A DNA stretch of 61,829 nt from Candidatus Kaelpia aquatica (GCA_030765335.1 JAVCCU010000016.1:1-61829), one strand, 5' to 3'. Positions 47,268 through 58,821 are shown, counted from the stretch's first letter. Notes: generated by a model from the sequence alone, not told the origin. Numbers and translations are program-made.

Positions 47268-48269
47268 TTATGCTGCCTCCCCCTGCAATTTCATTTTTAC
47301 ATCCTGAGGTAATTCCATTCCAAAAGATATATTCATCTCTTTTAGGATATCATGCAGTTCATTTAAAGATTTTTTACCAAAGTTGCGATGTTGAAGCAAC
47401 TGCTGCTCTGTTAACTGAACAAGATCTCCTATCGTATGGATATTGGCATCTTTAAGACAATTAGCGCTTCTAACCGAGAGTTCCAACTCAGTTATAGGCA
47501 TCTTAATCTTATTTAAAAGATCATGGTCAAGCGCATCTACGACCTCTTCATCTTCCTCTTCGGCAACATCTCCCATCTGTGTAAAAACATCCAGATGCCT
47601 CTGCAAAATATATGCCCCATAAACTAAAGCTTCTTTAGGCTCAACACTCCCATCTGTTGTTATCTCTATTATCAGTCTTTCATAATTGGTTACAGCTCCA
47701 ACTCGTGTATTCTCCATTCTAAAATTCACTCCAGTAACAGGAGAGAAAAGAGAATCAATTGCAATGACACCTATAGAGTCATCCTCTCTTTTATTTCTAT
47801 CTGCCGGAACCCAGCCACGGCCACGTCCTACCTCCATCTCAATGTCAACGTCTACATTGTCAGTTACTGTTAAGATATGATGCTGAGGGTTAATAATCTC
47901 TACGGTCTCATCTGTTGTGATATCACCAGATTTATAATCTCCTTTTTTAGAAAGCTTCAAAATAACTTTCTTAGGCGCACGGGAATGAGACTTTAAAACC
48001 AGACCTTTAAGGTTTAACACTATTTGCGACACATCCTCAAGAACTCCTTTTATAGCAGAAAACTCATGGTCCACTCCTTTTATCTTCAAGGATGTAATCG
48101 AACTGCCTTCAATGGAAGAGAGCAATATTCTCCTCAATGAGTTGCCTACCGTCACAGCATAGCCTCTTTCAAATGGCTCAGCAACAAATTTTCCATAAGT
48201 AGGAGAATAGCTGTCTTCATCCCACTCTATCTTAACGGGCATCGCAAATTCTTTCATTCTTATTCCCAT
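47268..48269 (-). CDS. rpoA: RNA polymerase alpha subunit
   Basis: EPFERGYAVTVGNSLRRILLSS; CTD LELSVRSANCL. Confidence 0.98.
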   Translation of the reverse strand: MGIRMKEFAMPVKIEWDEDSYSPTYGKFVAEPFERGYAVTVGNSLRRILLSSIEGSSITSLKIKGVDHEFSAIKGVLEDVSQIVLNLKGLVLKSHSRAPKKVILKLSKKGDYKSGDITTDETVEIINPQHHILTVTDNVDVDIEMEVGRGRGWVPADRNKREDDSIGVIAIDSLFSPVTGVNFRMENTRVGAVTNYERLIIEITTDGSVEPKEALVYGAYILQRHLDVFTQMGDVAEEEDEEVVDALDHDLLNKIKMPITELELSVRSANCLKDANIHTIGDLVQLTEQQLLQHRNFGKKSLNELHDILKEMNISFGMELPQDVKMKLQGEAA

Positions 48270-48281
48270 ATCTAACCCTCC

Positions 48282-48908
48282 TTATCTAGAATAAAATTCA
48301 ACAATAAACTGCTCTTCTATTGGAACTACTATATCTTCTCTAACAGGAAGACTCTCGACTCTAACTTCTAGTTTCCCCTTGGAAACCTCCAACCATGAAG
48401 GGATAAGCCTATCCTCGGCCATCTCTTCGTTGGCCTTTATAATCTTCCTAGAAGCTTCTCTTTTTTTAACTGTTATCACGTCATCTATAGAGACAGTGCA
48501 AGAAGGAATATTTACTCGCCTTCCATTAAGATATATATGTCCATGATTAACCAGCTCTCTGGCTTGTGATCTACTTAAAGCAAAGTTTGATCTAAAGACA
48601 ACATTATCAAGGCGTCTCTCAAGGAGCTGAAGCATAATTGAGCCTGTCACCCCTTTGGTTTTAGCTGCAACTTGATAATACTTCTTCATTCTCCTCTCAC
48701 TAATACCGTAGATATTCTTAACTTTTTGCTTCTCTTTTAAACGAATACCATAATCTGAATGTCTTATACGTCTCTTTCCGTGCTGCCCCGGCGGATAAGG
48801 CCTCTTATCTACTGCGCATTTATCTGTATTACACCGCCTACCCTTTAAGAAAAGCTTCATCCCAGCTCTTCTGCACAGCCTACACACTCCTGTCCTTAAT
48901 TGACTCAT
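48282..48908 (-). CDS. rpsD: 30S ribosomal protein S4
   Basis: CRLCRR, PPGQHG, LERRLDNVVFR. Confidence 0.98.
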   Translation of the reverse strand: MSQLRTGVCRLCRRAGMKLFLKGRRCNTDKCAVDKRPYPPGQHGKRRIRHSDYGIRLKEKQKVKNIYGISERRMKKYYQVAAKTKGVTGSIMLQLLERRLDNVVFRSNFALSRSQARELVNHGHIYLNGRRVNIPSCTVSIDDVITVKKREASRKIIKANEEMAEDRLIPSWLEVSKGKLEVRVESLPVREDIVVPIEEQFIVEFYSR

Positions 48909-48920
48909 TTATACTCCTCC

Positions 48921-49316
48921 TTAAACTCTTCTTCTTTTTGGCGGCCGACACCCATTGTGTGGTATCGGAGTTATATCTTTAATCACTCTTATATTAAGAC
49001 CTGCTGCCTGAAGAGACCTGACGGCAGTCTCTCTACCTGCTCCAGGACCATTGAGATAGACCGTAATCTCTTTAACGCCATACTCCAAAGCACGTTTTGC
49101 AGCCTGTTTGGATGCAATCTGCGCAGCAAAAGGAGTAGATTTTCTAGTTCCTTTAAAACCAGCAACACCGCCTGTTGCCCAAGAAAGCACATTACCCTCT
49201 TTGTCTGTTATAGTAACGATTGTATTATTAAAAGTAGCCTGAATATGAGCAATTCCATATTCTACTCTTCTTGTAATCTTCTTTTTTTTAACTTTCTTCT
49301 TTGGCTGTTGAGCCAT
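48921..49316 (-). CDS. rpsK: 30S ribosomal protein S11
   Basis: [27 protein letters not shown]. Confidence 0.98.
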   Translation of the reverse strand: MAQQPKKKVKKKKITRRVEYGIAHIQATFNNTIVTITDKEGNVLSWATGGVAGFKGTRKSTPFAAQIASKQAAKRALEYGVKEITVYLNGPGAGRETAVRSLQAAGLNIRVIKDITPIPHNGCRPPKRRRV

Positions 49317-49318
49317 AG

Positions 49319-49696
49319 CTAAGCCTCCTTTTTCTTCCTCTTAATCTTAATCGCACTAGGCCCCTTCCTTGTTCTGGCATTTGTCTTTGTTCTCTGGCCT
49401 CTTACAGGTAAGCCTAATTTATGTCTTCTACCACGATAAGAGCCTATCTCTATCAGGTGTCTTATGTCCTGCTGAACCTCGCGCCTGAGCTCTCCTTCTA
49501 CCGTATAGGTCTTCTGTATAAAATCAGCTAGATGAGAAACCTCATCATCGGTAAGCTGGTCTGTCTTCTTGTTTTTGTCCATACCGCAATCTTTAAGTAT
49601 CTCCCGAGCTCTTGTGGTACCAATTCCAAAAATATAAGTTAAAGCAATCTCTATTCTTTTATTTTTAGGAAGTTCAACACCAACTATTCTTGCCAT
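49319..49696 (-). CDS. rpsM: 30S ribosomal protein S13
   Basis: [24 protein letters not shown]. Confidence 0.98.
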   Translation of the reverse strand: MARIVGVELPKNKRIEIALTYIFGIGTTRAREILKDCGMDKNKKTDQLTDDEVSHLADFIQKTYTVEGELRREVQQDIRHLIEIGSYRGRRHKLGLPVRGQRTKTNARTRKGPSAIKIKRKKKEA

Positions 49697-49741
49697 ACTA
49701 TCCTCCTACTAAATGCTTTTATCATTTTTTATTTTAAACTA

Positions 49742-49855
49742 TTATCCTTGTTTCTGCTTATGCTTTGGATTGGTACAGATAATCCTTAACACACCTTTTC
49801 TTTTTATGATTTTACACTTATCACAAATTTTACGCACTGACGACTTTACTTTCAT
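49742..49855 (-). CDS. rpmJ: 50S ribosomal protein L36 (not in the ORF track)
   Basis: Hand translation: [37 protein letters not shown]. Confidence 0.97.
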   Translation of the reverse strand: MKVKSSVRKICDKCKIIKRKGVLRIICTNPKHKQKQG

Positions 49856-49869
49856 AAAAAACCACCTTA

Positions 49870-50085
49870 TTACTTCCTGTAGGTTATCCTTCCCCTAGTA
49901 AGATCGTATGGAGACAACTCCAACGATACCTTGTCACCAGGTAATATCTTAATATAATGCATCCGCATCTTACCTGATACATGCGCTAAAATCCTATGCC
50001 CACCTTCAATCTCTACCTTAAAAGTTGCATTTGGTAAGGTCTCCACTATTTTACCTTCTACTTGAATAGGTTCTTCTTTAGCCAT
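49870..50085 (-). CDS. infA: Translation initiation factor IF-1
   Basis: [22 protein letters not shown]. Confidence 0.98.
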   Translation of the reverse strand: MAKEEPIQVEGKIVETLPNATFKVEIEGGHRILAHVSGKMRMHYIKILPGDKVSLELSPYDLTRGRITYRK

Positions 50086-50086
50086 A

Positions 50087-50848
50087 TTAAAACTCCGTTA
50101 ATACCTGGGGTTTGCTTCCCCAAATAAGAATAGTATGCTCAAAATGCGCTGAGAGACTGCCATCTTCAGTTACAGCAGTCCAGCCATCCTCTAAAATATT
50201 AACCCTATAATCCCCATCATTAACCATGGGTTCTAATGCAAGTATCATACCGTTTTCAAGGTAAGGCCCTGTACCAGGAGAACCGAAGTTAGGAATCTCA
50301 GGCTCTTCATGCAGCTCTCTCCCTATACCATGCCCAACAAACTTTCTCACAATAGAATAACCTCTATCTTCAACATAGCGTTGTATAGCTGAAGATATAT
50401 CCCCTAAAGTATTCCCGCTTACAGCAGATGATATCCCGACACAGAGAGCCTCTTTTGTTGTTCTGATCAACATTTCCGCTTCAGTGCTTATCTCGCCAAC
50501 TGCAAAAGTAACTGCCATATCACCATAAAAACCTTTATATATAACCCCAAGATCTAAGCTTAGGATATCTCCCTCAGTAAGAACGCAATCTAAGCCCGGC
50601 ACCCCATGCACAACCTCGCTATTGATAGAAGTACAGATACTCTTTGGATAACCCATGTAGCCTTTAAATGCAGGCTTACAATGTGACTCGATGATCAATC
50701 TTTCGGCCGCACTGTTTAAAGAATCAGTGGTTATGCCCGGCTCAATCTTCCGGCTCAATCTCTTCATAATAGAAGCAGTCTTCTCGCAAGCCATCTTAAC
50801 TCCTTCTATCTCTTCCTTGCTTTTTATTGGTATAGTCATAGTTAACAT
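50087..50848 (-). CDS. map: Methionine aminopeptidase type I
   Basis: [37 protein letters not shown]. Confidence 0.97.
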   Translation of the reverse strand: MLTMTIPIKSKEEIEGVKMACEKTASIMKRLSRKIEPGITTDSLNSAAERLIIESHCKPAFKGYMGYPKSICTSINSEVVHGVPGLDCVLTEGDILSLDLGVIYKGFYGDMAVTFAVGEISTEAEMLIRTTKEALCVGISSAVSGNTLGDISSAIQRYVEDRGYSIVRKFVGHGIGRELHEEPEIPNFGSPGTGPYLENGMILALEPMVNDGDYRVNILEDGWTAVTEDGSLSAHFEHTILIWGSKPQVLTEF

Positions 50849-50849
50849 A

Positions 50850-51527
50850 TCAGAGGACCTTGATATTAATATCTTTTAATTTTTTCTCAACATGATTGAA
50901 AACGTCTGCAGCACTCAGGTCTCCTGAGACCTTAAAGAGAATGCCTTGCTGATCATAAAAACTTACAATATCTTCAATCTGTTCTTTATATACTTCCAGC
51001 CGTCTTTTAATGGTGCTCTCCCTATCGTCCTCTCTCTGATAGAGCTCGCCACCGCATCTATCACATGCACCTTCTTCTTGGGCTGGAGAATATTTTATAT
51101 GATAATTAGCTCCGCAATGTATGCAGACACGCCTTCCAGTTAAACGTTCAAGTATAACATCAACGCTGGCGTCTAAATAAAGGACTAGGTCTATCTCTTT
51201 CTCTATCTCTTTAAGGAGAATATCTAAGCCTTTAGTCTGTTCCATAGTTCGGGGAAAACCATCTAAAACAAAACCGCTGCTTGCATCTTCTCCCGACAAT
51301 TTCATCCTTACCATCTTAAGTACAACCTCATCTGGAACCAGCTCTCCTTTTTTAACATACCCCTCAAGTTCATTTGCAATCTCGCTGCTGCCATCTTTAA
51401 GAATCTCTCTAAACATATCTCCTGTTGAGATATGGGGTATCTTATAATGACGTGCTATTAAGTCTGCCTGAGTACCTTTACCTGCACCCGGAGAACCCAT
51501 TATAATCATATTGAGATGCCCTATCAT
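50850..51527 (-). CDS. adk: Adenylate kinase (zinc LID)
   Basis: GSPGAGKGTQ, STGDMFR, DGFPR, CIHC...CDRC; ATGA overlap with secY. Confidence 0.97.
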   Translation of the reverse strand: MIGHLNMIIMGSPGAGKGTQADLIARHYKIPHISTGDMFREILKDGSSEIANELEGYVKKGELVPDEVVLKMVRMKLSGEDASSGFVLDGFPRTMEQTKGLDILLKEIEKEIDLVLYLDASVDVILERLTGRRVCIHCGANYHIKYSPAQEEGACDRCGGELYQREDDRESTIKRRLEVYKEQIEDIVSFYDQQGILFKVSGDLSAADVFNHVEKKLKDINIKVL

Positions 51528-52867
51528 CTTCTACCTCTGATACGCCCTTTTCTCATAAAACCTTCATACTGCCTCATAAGAAGCTGCGACTCAAGCTGCC
51601 TCTCTGTGTCTAATAATACACCTACGATAATAAGTATACCCGTACCTCCAAAGAAACTAGCCACTAAGAAAGGTATGTGCAGAATGGTGGATATAATCGA
51701 GGGTAATACTGCAATAATTGCAAGAAATACAGCTCCGGGCAAGATAATTCTAGTCATAATTTTATCTAAATATTCTGAAGTATTATTACCAGGCCTTACT
51801 CCAGGAATAAAACCGCCATGCTTTTTCATGTTCTCTGCAACATCTTTAGGATTAAAGACAAGGGCTGTATAAAAATAACTGAAGAATATAATAAAACCGC
51901 TATAAAGAACATAGTAAAGTATGCCTTGCTGGCTAAATAGTGAGACTATTTTAGCTACAGCCGGATTATTAATGAAACCTCCTATAGTAGCCGGGAACAT
52001 CAATACAGACTGCGCAAAGATAATAGGGATAACTCCAGCCTGATTTATCCTCAAAGGAATAAAGGTGCTCTGCCCGCCATATACACGCCTGCCTATAACA
52101 CGCCTTGCATATTGAACTGGTATTTTCCGCTGACCCTGAGTTATAAGAACCACTCCTACAACCACAAGAACAAGCATCGCAGCCATAATAACCAAAGTGA
52201 AAGGCTGAATCTGACCTCCAGTAGGAGAGAATGGATCCAGAAGAGAGTAAAGCTGTATCATAGCAGAAGGCAACCTCGATATTATACCAGCTGTTATTAT
52301 AAGTGAAATACCATTGCCGATACCGAACTCTGTTATCTGTTCTCCTAGCCAAACTATAAACATAGTGCCTGTAACGAGAGTAAGAACAGCAGTAAACCTA
52401 AAGCTCCAACCAGGATTAAATACTATTTGATAACCCTGGAATGATTGAGGATTTTCCAGCCAGAGGCTTATAAAAAATGCCTGGAATAAAGTAATTATAA
52501 CCGTTAAGTACCTTGTATATTGATTGATCTTTTGCCTGCCGTTATCCTGATGAGCAACTCTCTCTAAGGCCGGAATAACAGGAGTAAGAACCTGTAATAT
52601 AATAGATGCAGAGATATAAGGCATGATACCTAAAGCAAAGATAGTCAACCTTTGTATGGCGCCACCACTAAACATATTTATCATTCCAAATAGAGTTCCC
52701 CCTGGTGTATCTGCAAGATTTTTAAAGAACTCAGATAAAGCCTGGCCATTAATACCTGGTGTAGGTATGTAAGAACCTATTCTATATACAGCGATAAGCG
52801 CTAAAGTTATTAGAATCTTACGCCGTAAATCCTTAATTTTAAAAGTGTTAGCTAATCCTCTAAACAT
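51524..52867 (-). CDS. secY: Preprotein translocase SecY
   Basis: FALGIMPYISASI, GIGNGISLII, AGVIPIIFA, GGFIPGVRPG. Confidence 0.98.
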   Translation of the reverse strand: MFRGLANTFKIKDLRRKILITLALIAVYRIGSYIPTPGINGQALSEFFKNLADTPGGTLFGMINMFSGGAIQRLTIFALGIMPYISASIILQVLTPVIPALERVAHQDNGRQKINQYTRYLTVIITLFQAFFISLWLENPQSFQGYQIVFNPGWSFRFTAVLTLVTGTMFIVWLGEQITEFGIGNGISLIITAGIISRLPSAMIQLYSLLDPFSPTGGQIQPFTLVIMAAMLVLVVVGVVLITQGQRKIPVQYARRVIGRRVYGGQSTFIPLRINQAGVIPIIFAQSVLMFPATIGGFINNPAVAKIVSLFSQQGILYYVLYSGFIIFFSYFYTALVFNPKDVAENMKKHGGFIPGVRPGNNTSEYLDKIMTRIILPGAVFLAIIAVLPSIISTILHIPFLVASFFGGTGILIIVGVLLDTERQLESQLLMRQYEGFMRKGRIRGRR

Positions 52868-52870
52868 TTT

Positions 52871-53314
52871 CTATTCTATTACCTTGGCTTCTCCGCCATT
52901 TGCCTCTATTTTCTCTATTGCTGTTGCGCTAAAAGCATGGACAGAGATTTTAAGTTTTTTCTTTAGCTGACCATTCCCTAAAACCTTAACCGGCTTGTTT
53001 GAATACCGTATCAATCCACTGCTCTTTAAAACATTAGGATCTATATCGGATAAACCTATCTTTTCTAAGTCGGAGAGATTGACGATCTGGAAAGAACGAG
53101 CAAATCTTTTATTGTTAAAACCTCTCTTAGGAATTCTTCTAATAAGAGGCATCTGTCCGCCTTCAAAATGAGCTCCTAGACCAGGACTCTTTCTAGAATT
53201 CTGTCCACTCATTCCTCTTGTAGAAGTCTTACCTCTTGTCGATCCGATTCCACGACCAACTCTCTTCCTATTCTTCTTAGCACCGCGAGGTGCTCTTAAA
53301 TCATTCAGCTGCAT
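52871..53314 (-). CDS. rplO: 50S ribosomal protein L15
   Basis: RVGRGIGS, FEGGQMPL.RR.PKRGF. Confidence 0.97.
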   Translation of the reverse strand: MQLNDLRAPRGAKKNRKRVGRGIGSTRGKTSTRGMSGQNSRKSPGLGAHFEGGQMPLIRRIPKRGFNNKRFARSFQIVNLSDLEKIGLSDIDPNVLKSSGLIRYSNKPVKVLGNGQLKKKLKISVHAFSATAIEKIEANGGEAKVIE

Positions 53315-53828
53315 CTTTCACCTCTTGAACTTCAACTTTATCTTCTTCCACTACTTTATTTTTCACTATATCTAAACCATCTCTACTGGTTCTTAGCTGC
53401 TCTAAACCATCTATCATCGCTTTTGATAGATTTATAGCATTAGGAGAGCCTAGAGACTTTGTAAGAATATCTTTTATACCCACCATCTCACATATCGCAC
53501 GCACAACACCGCCGGCAATAACTCCAGTACCGGCTGAAGCAGGCTTTAAGATGATTTTAGAAGCACCGAATCTACCAAGCACCTCATGGGGAATTGTAGA
53601 ATCAGAGAGCTTTATTGTAACCATATCTCTCTGCGCAGACTTTATGCCTTTCTTAATTGCATCAGCAACCTCATGGGCTTTACCAAGACTAATACCAACC
53701 CTGCCTTCTCCATTGCCAACGGCTACAAGAGCGTTAAAGGATATGGTCTTACCTCCTTTATTCGTCTTAGTAACACGATTAATTGCTATTACTTTTTCCA
53801 ATAATGCAAATCCCTGATTTTCAGGCAC
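53301..53828 (-). CDS. rpsE: 30S ribosomal protein S5
   Basis: INRVTK..KGG, GTGVIAGG. Confidence 0.97.
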   Translation of the reverse strand: MPENQGFALLEKVIAINRVTKTNKGGKTISFNALVAVGNGEGRVGISLGKAHEVADAIKKGIKSAQRDMVTIKLSDSTIPHEVLGRFGASKIILKPASAGTGVIAGGVVRAICEMVGIKDILTKSLGSPNAINLSKAMIDGLEQLRTSRDGLDIVKNKVVEEDKVEVQEVKDAAE

Positions 53829-53840
53829 TATATACCTCCT

Positions 53841-54218
53841 TTAAAATTCCAACCCTACTTCTCTTGCCGCATCGGCTAGAGTCTTAACTTTTCCGTGATA
53901 TTTATATCCGCTACGATCAAAAACAACTTTCTTTACCCCAGCCTCCTTGGCCTTCTCTGCAATACGAGTACCAACTATCTTTGCAGCCTCTAGAGAGCCT
54001 TTAGACTTAACCTTGTCTTTTAACTCTGACTCCAAAGAAGAGAAAGAGACTAAAGTTTGACCTTTGATATCATCAATAATCTGTGCATAAATATAAGATA
54101 GACTGATATAGATAGATAGCCTGGGTCTGTCAGTAGTCCCGGAAACCTTTTTTCTTACTCTATTATGTCTCCTCTTATGTGCCGCTCTTTTCTTTTTAAT
54201 AAATGTTTTTAATTCCAT
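53841..54218 (-). CDS. rplR: 50S ribosomal protein L18
   Basis: [17 protein letters not shown]. Confidence 0.97.
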   Translation of the reverse strand: MELKTFIKKKRAAHKRRHNRVRKKVSGTTDRPRLSIYISLSYIYAQIIDDIKGQTLVSFSSLESELKDKVKSKGSLEAAKIVGTRIAEKAKEAGVKKVVFDRSGYKYHGKVKTLADAAREVGLEF

Positions 54219-54220
54219 AA

Positions 54221-54760
54221 TTATTTAATCCCTGCTTTACCTGCTTTCTTTCTAACATATTCACCTTTATATCTTATCCCTTTACCCTTGTAAGGCTCGG
54301 GCGGATAATAAGCTCTTATTTCAGCAGCTACTTCTCCAACAAACTGCTTATCAATACCTTTAACAATAATTACTGTAGGTTTGGGTGTCTCCATAGAGAT
54401 ACCATCAGGTATTGAGTATTCCACAGGATGAGACTTACCGATCTGTAAACTCAACTTTTTATCTTGGAGCTGAGCCTTGTAACCTACGCCTATAATCTCC
54501 AATTCTTTTTGAAAACCTTCAGTCACTCCTGTAACCATATTATTAACCAAAGCTCTAGTTAAACCATGTAGAGCACGGAACTTTTTTTCCTCACTAACCC
54601 TTTTTACAACAATTTGATTCTCACTAACCTCAACAGTTATACCTTCTGGAATAGGAGACTCCAGCTTCCCTTTAGAGCCTTCAACGTACGTAATACCGTT
54701 CTCTATTTTTATCTTTACCTTAGCATTAATATTAATGGGTTTTTTTCCTATACGTGACAT
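54221..54760 (-). CDS. rplF: 50S ribosomal protein L6
   Basis: [19 protein letters not shown]. Confidence 0.98.
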   Translation of the reverse strand: MSRIGKKPININAKVKIKIENGITYVEGSKGKLESPIPEGITVEVSENQIVVKRVSEEKKFRALHGLTRALVNNMVTGVTEGFQKELEIIGVGYKAQLQDKKLSLQIGKSHPVEYSIPDGISMETPKPTVIIVKGIDKQFVGEVAAEIRAYYPPEPYKGKGIRYKGEYVRKKAGKAGIK

Positions 54761-54770
54761 CTTTTACACC

Positions 54771-55169
54771 TCAATATACTTGGCAGATCACTTCGCCACC
54801 CAGATTATTCTTCCTGGCATCTTGATCGCTGAAGACACCGCCTGAAGTAGTTAATATAGCCGAACCTATTCCGTTTAAGACTTTTGGAATATTATCTTTG
54901 TCCACATATATCCTGCAGCCCGGTTTAGATATTCTCTTTATATCTCTGAGGGCAGGCTTATTTCTAGCGAAATATTTAAGGTAGACCCGAATAACACCCT
55001 GAACATCATCCTCTATCACTTTAAACTCTTTAACAAACCCTTCTGCTTTTAAAATCTCAACAATTTTAAGGAGTAACTTAGAAAATTTTATATCAACACT
55101 CTCTTTGCTTACTCTATAGCCATTTTTAATTTTAACAAAAGCATCCGCTAAAGGATCAGATATACTCAT
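54771..55169 (-). CDS. rpsH: 30S ribosomal protein S8
   Basis: DPLAD, ISKPGCRIY, GGEVICQV. Confidence 0.97.
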   Translation of the reverse strand: MSISDPLADAFVKIKNGYRVSKESVDIKFSKLLLKIVEILKAEGFVKEFKVIEDDVQGVIRVYLKYFARNKPALRDIKRISKPGCRIYVDKDNIPKVLNGIGSAILTTSGGVFSDQDARKNNLGGEVICQVY

Positions 55170-55178
55170 TTAAACCTC

Positions 55179-55364
55179 CTACCAGCTGGCCTTTGTAACG
55201 CCGGGCAACTCACCTCTAAGCGCCATCTCTCTAAAGCAGATTCTACAGAGACCAAATTTTCTTATATAACCGTGTCGTCTACCGCAGATCTGACACCTAT
55301 TGTACTCTCTAACTTTAAATTTTTGTTTCTTCTGTTGCTTTAAGACTTGAGACTTCTTTGCCAT
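55179..55364 (-). CDS. rpsN: 30S ribosomal protein S14, type Z
   Basis: 61 aa; CQICGR...LCRICFRE. Confidence 0.97.
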   Translation of the reverse strand: MAKKSQVLKQQKKQKFKVREYNRCQICGRRHGYIRKFGLCRICFREMALRGELPGVTKASW

Positions 55365-55365
55365 A

Positions 55366-55914
55366 CTATTTCCTCCTAAACGGAAAATTAAACGCCTCTA
55401 ACAGCGCATGTACCTCATCGCGGCTTTTGGCAGTTGTAACAAAACTTATATCCATCCCCTGAACCCTCTTTACTTTATCCAGATTAATCTCAGGGAATAT
55501 AGTCTGATCTTTAAGCCCTAGAGTATAATTACCTCCAGCATCAAAACCCTTATTGCTGGGAATGCCCTGAAAATCTCTGACACGGGGCAAAGCTACATTT
55601 ATCAATCTATCCAGAAATTCATACATTTTATCTCTGCGTAAAGTAACCTTACACCCTACAGGATTTCCCTGCCTAATCTTGAAATTAGCAATCGACTTCT
55701 TGGCTCTACGTACCACCGGCTTCTGGCCGGTTATCATAGAGAGCTCTTCCGTTGCTTTTTCTAAAACCTCAAGATTTTGCGAGCCTTCACCTACGCCCAT
55801 ATTAACAACTATCTTTTTAAGAACAGGAACTTGATGAGTATTGCAATATCCAAACTTATCTGTAAGTTCTGCTGCGATCTTATCTTTGTATATCTTATAA
55901 AGTCTTGCTTGCAT
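55366..55914 (-). CDS. rplE: 50S ribosomal protein L5
   Basis: [20 protein letters not shown]. Confidence 0.98.
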   Translation of the reverse strand: MQARLYKIYKDKIAAELTDKFGYCNTHQVPVLKKIVVNMGVGEGSQNLEVLEKATEELSMITGQKPVVRRAKKSIANFKIRQGNPVGCKVTLRRDKMYEFLDRLINVALPRVRDFQGIPSNKGFDAGGNYTLGLKDQTIFPEINLDKVKRVQGMDISFVTTAKSRDEVHALLEAFNFPFRRK

Positions 55915-55916
55915 AA

Positions 55917-56228
55917 TTAGATAGCCTCTCTACACTTTCTACATATTCTTATCTTCGTACCATCTTCCAAAACCTTGAACCCAACCTTAACACCCTTACC
56001 ACACTTACTGCAAACAGGCAGAATGTTAGCTAAAACGAGCGGACTCTCTAGCTCAATAATGCCGCCAGGGGTATCCTGAGATCTCTGCTTCATATGACGC
56101 TTTGTTACATTAACACCCTGAACGAGAGCTCTCCCTGCTTTAGGGTAGACCCTTAGAACCTTACCTTTCTTACCTTTATCTTTACCTGCAATAACCTCAA
56201 CAGTATCGCCTTTTTTTAACCTCTCCAT
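55917..56228 (-). CDS. rplX: 50S ribosomal protein L24
   Basis: KOW motif [16 protein letters not shown]. Confidence 0.97.
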   Translation of the reverse strand: MERLKKGDTVEVIAGKDKGKKGKVLRVYPKAGRALVQGVNVTKRHMKQRSQDTPGGIIELESPLVLANILPVCSKCGKGVKVGFKVLEDGTKIRICRKCREAI

Positions 56229-56238
56229 AACATACTCC

Positions 56239-56607
56239 TCACAATACCTCTGGTGCTAAAGATATTATCTTCATAAAATCCCTGTCTCGCAACTCCCTAG
56301 CCACAGGACCAAAGACACGAGTACCTCTGGGATTCTTCTGCTTATCTATTATAACAGCAGCATTACTGTCAAACCTTAGCGTTGAACCATCACTTCTTTT
56401 AATTGGAAAAGCGGTTCTAACAACTACAGCGTTGACTACCTCACCTTTCTTGACAGCCCCATCCGGGGTTGACTCTTTTACAGAAGCAACGATAGTATCA
56501 CCTATTGAAGCAAACTTCTTATTAGAGCGCCCTATTACTTTTATGCAGGCTATCTTCTTAGCCCCTGAATTATCAGCAACAGTTAAAAGTGATCTCATCT
56601 GTATCAT
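56239..56607 (-). CDS. rplN: 50S ribosomal protein L14
   Basis: [20 protein letters not shown]. Confidence 0.98.
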   Translation of the reverse strand: MIQMRSLLTVADNSGAKKIACIKVIGRSNKKFASIGDTIVASVKESTPDGAVKKGEVVNAVVVRTAFPIKRSDGSTLRFDSNAAVIIDKQKNPRGTRVFGPVARELRDRDFMKIISLAPEVL

Positions 56608-56852
56608 TTTATAACCTCAACCAATCTCCATCTCTTCTCTTTCGAAAGAGGTCTTGTCTCCATTATCTTAACCTTCTGACCTTTTTTAGCTTCGTTCTTT
56701 TCATCATGCACCTTAAATCGCTTATCTCTTTTAATCCTCTTTTCATAAAGAGGATGCTTTATAATTCTGTCTACTCTCACAATAATAGTCTTGTCCATCC
56801 CATCAGAGACAACCACTCCTGTTAATTCTTTTCTTCTAGCTCTATCTTCCAT
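56604..56852 (-). CDS. rpsQ: 30S ribosomal protein S17
   Basis: [21 protein letters not shown]. Confidence 0.97.
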   Translation of the reverse strand: MEDRARRKELTGVVVSDGMDKTIIVRVDRIIKHPLYEKRIKRDKRFKVHDEKNEAKKGQKVKIMETRPLSKEKRWRLVEVIK

Positions 56853-56854
56853 TA

Positions 56855-57061
56855 TTAAACCTCGCTCTTCTTTTCCTTACTTCTTTCGCTAATCACCGTA
56901 TGAATCTTAGCAATATCAGACCGGTAAATCCCAATCTCATGGGGCTTTTGCAGTTTTCCAATCTTAACATCGCTACGCAAATGCAGCAGCTTATTATATG
57001 AATCCTCAAGTTTACGATTCAGCTCTTCGTCAGTCATATTTCTTAAATCCTTAACTTTCAT
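56855..57061 (-). CDS. rpmC: 50S ribosomal protein L29
   Basis: Position between rplP and rpsQ; LRNMT.EEL, DIAKI.TV..E. Confidence 0.92.
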   Translation of the reverse strand: MKVKDLRNMTDEELNRKLEDSYNKLLHLRSDVKIGKLQKPHEIGIYRSDIAKIHTVISERSKEKKSEV

Positions 57062-57474
57062 ATCATCTCTCTCTTTACAAACTTACATTTTATAGGCAGC
57101 TTATCTGAGGCCAACTTAAAAGCTTGGCGAGCTAAATCTTCTGGAACACCTTCAAGCTCAAAAACAACTCTTCCTCTTTTAACAACAGCCACCCAGCTCT
57201 CAACCGTACCCTTACCTTTACCCATTCTGGTCTCAAGCGGTTTCTTTGTCACAGGTTTATCCGGAAACATCCTAATCCAGAGTTTACCACCGCGTCTAAG
57301 CCGCCTCATAATGGCAACACGTCCAGCCTCTATCTGTCTATTTGTAATCCAGTTATTTTCTAATGCCTGAAGTCCAAACTCTCCAAACGCTATCTTAGTA
57401 GCACCTTTAGATACCCCTTTACGTCTTCCACGCTGAGTTTTGCGATATTTTACTCTCTTAGGCATTAAAACCAT
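57058..57474 (-). CDS. rplP: 50S ribosomal protein L16
   Basis: [15 protein letters not shown]. Confidence 0.98.
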   Translation of the reverse strand: MVLMPKRVKYRKTQRGRRKGVSKGATKIAFGEFGLQALENNWITNRQIEAGRVAIMRRLRRGGKLWIRMFPDKPVTKKPLETRMGKGKGTVESWVAVVKRGRVVFELEGVPEDLARQAFKLASDKLPIKCKFVKREMI

Positions 57475-57477
57475 GGC

Positions 57478-58137
57478 TTAAGACTCCCCTCTTACTGCTT
57501 CTTTTTCTAAAACAGCATCACCTCTATAGATCCACACTTTTACACCTATCAATCCCGCTTTAGTCTTTGATTCAGCAAAACCATAATCTATATCGGCTCT
57601 TAAAGTTTGAAGAGGCACTTTCCCACTCTTGTAGGACTCTGCTCTTGCAATCTCATTTCCGCCAAGCCTGCCAGCACAGTTTATCTTTATACCCTTAACA
57701 CCGTTTTCATTAGCCATCTGCATAGCTCTCTTCATAGCTCTTCTATGCGAGACTCTCTTCTCCATCTGAAATGCAACGTTCTCAGCAACAAGCTGTGCAT
57801 CGGCAGCAGGAAACTTGATCTCTTTTATGTCAATTACAATCTCCTTATTTTTGACAATACCCTGTAAAGCTTCTTGAATTTTGTCTATCTCAACTCCCCG
57901 TCGGCCTATGATAACTCCAGGACGCGAGGTATGTATTACTACTTTTACTTTTTCAGAATATCTTTCAATATCTATGCTGGAGATACCAGCATATCTCAAA
58001 CTATTTTTAATATATTTACGTATCTTATAGTCTTCGCCTATAAAAACCTTAATATTCTCAGTCTGTGTAAACCATCTAGATTTCCACTGCTTTATATATC
58101 CAAGCCTATACCCAAAAGGGTGAACTTTATGACCCAT
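57478..58137 (-). CDS. rpsC: 30S ribosomal protein S3
   Basis: GHKVHPFGYRLG, RPGVIIGRRG, PLQTLRADIDY. Confidence 0.98.
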   Translation of the reverse strand: MGHKVHPFGYRLGYIKQWKSRWFTQTENIKVFIGEDYKIRKYIKNSLRYAGISSIDIERYSEKVKVVIHTSRPGVIIGRRGVEIDKIQEALQGIVKNKEIVIDIKEIKFPAADAQLVAENVAFQMEKRVSHRRAMKRAMQMANENGVKGIKINCAGRLGGNEIARAESYKSGKVPLQTLRADIDYGFAESKTKAGLIGVKVWIYRGDAVLEKEAVRGES

Positions 58138-58524
58138 CTATCTCTTTCCTCCTTTTGCTACTTTAGCTTTAGCCATCGTCGAACCTTTGCTCTTATAATC
58201 AAGTTCTATTGTAATATGAGAAGTCCTTCTCTTTATTGAAGAAGCCCTACCCATTGTCGCAGCTCTAAACCTACTTAAAGCAGGACCCTGATTTGCATAC
58301 ACACCTGATATGTAAAGACCCTCTTTTTCAATAGAGTTATTGTTCTTAGCATTAGCTACTGCAGATTGAAGCAACTTAACTACAATCGGAGCCCCTTTCT
58401 TATTTACATTCAAAAGCAGGCCTTCAGCAGAGATAACGTCCTTACCTCTAATCAAATCTAAAACCAGCCTCACCTTTAAAGGCGAAATTTTCACAAACCG
58501 TGCATGTGCTTTTGTAACTGCCAT
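58138..58524 (-). CDS. rplV: 50S ribosomal protein L22
   Basis: ISPLKVRLV, SAVANA, RTSHITI. Confidence 0.96.
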   Translation of the reverse strand: MAVTKAHARFVKISPLKVRLVLDLIRGKDVISAEGLLLNVNKKGAPIVVKLLQSAVANAKNNNSIEKEGLYISGVYANQGPALSRFRAATMGRASSIKRRTSHITIELDYKSKGSTMAKAKVAKGGKR

Positions 58525-58533
58525 AATAATACC

Positions 58534-58821
58534 TTATTTTTTAGTTATCTTTGCTTTTGATTTAATACCACTATGTCCTCTAAAAGTTCTAGTCAGAGCA
58601 AACTCTCCCAGTTTATGACCAACCATCTTCTCTGTAACGTGAAGCGGAATAAAGCTTCTACCGTTATGTATCTCAAAAGTAAAGCCTACGAACTCGGGTA
58701 TCACAGTTGAACGGCGAGACCAAGTCTTAATCGGTTTCTTTTCACCGCTTTTGGACACCTTCTCTACCTTTCTCATTAAATGTTCATCCACAAATGGACC
58801 CTTTTTCAATGACCTAGGCAT
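58534..58821 (-). CDS. rpsS: 30S ribosomal protein S19
   Basis: [17 protein letters not shown]. Confidence 0.98.
   Translation of the reverse strand: MPRSLKKGPFVDEHLMRKVEKVSKSGEKKPIKTWSRRSTVIPEFVGFTFEIHNGRSFIPLHVTEKMVGHKLGEFALTRTFRGHSGIKSKAKITKK

Noticed and set aside
50737-50761. 13-bp tandem repeat CCGGCTCAATCTT in map
   Set aside because: Only two copies, the frame is intact and the protein aligns normally; no evidence of phase variation.
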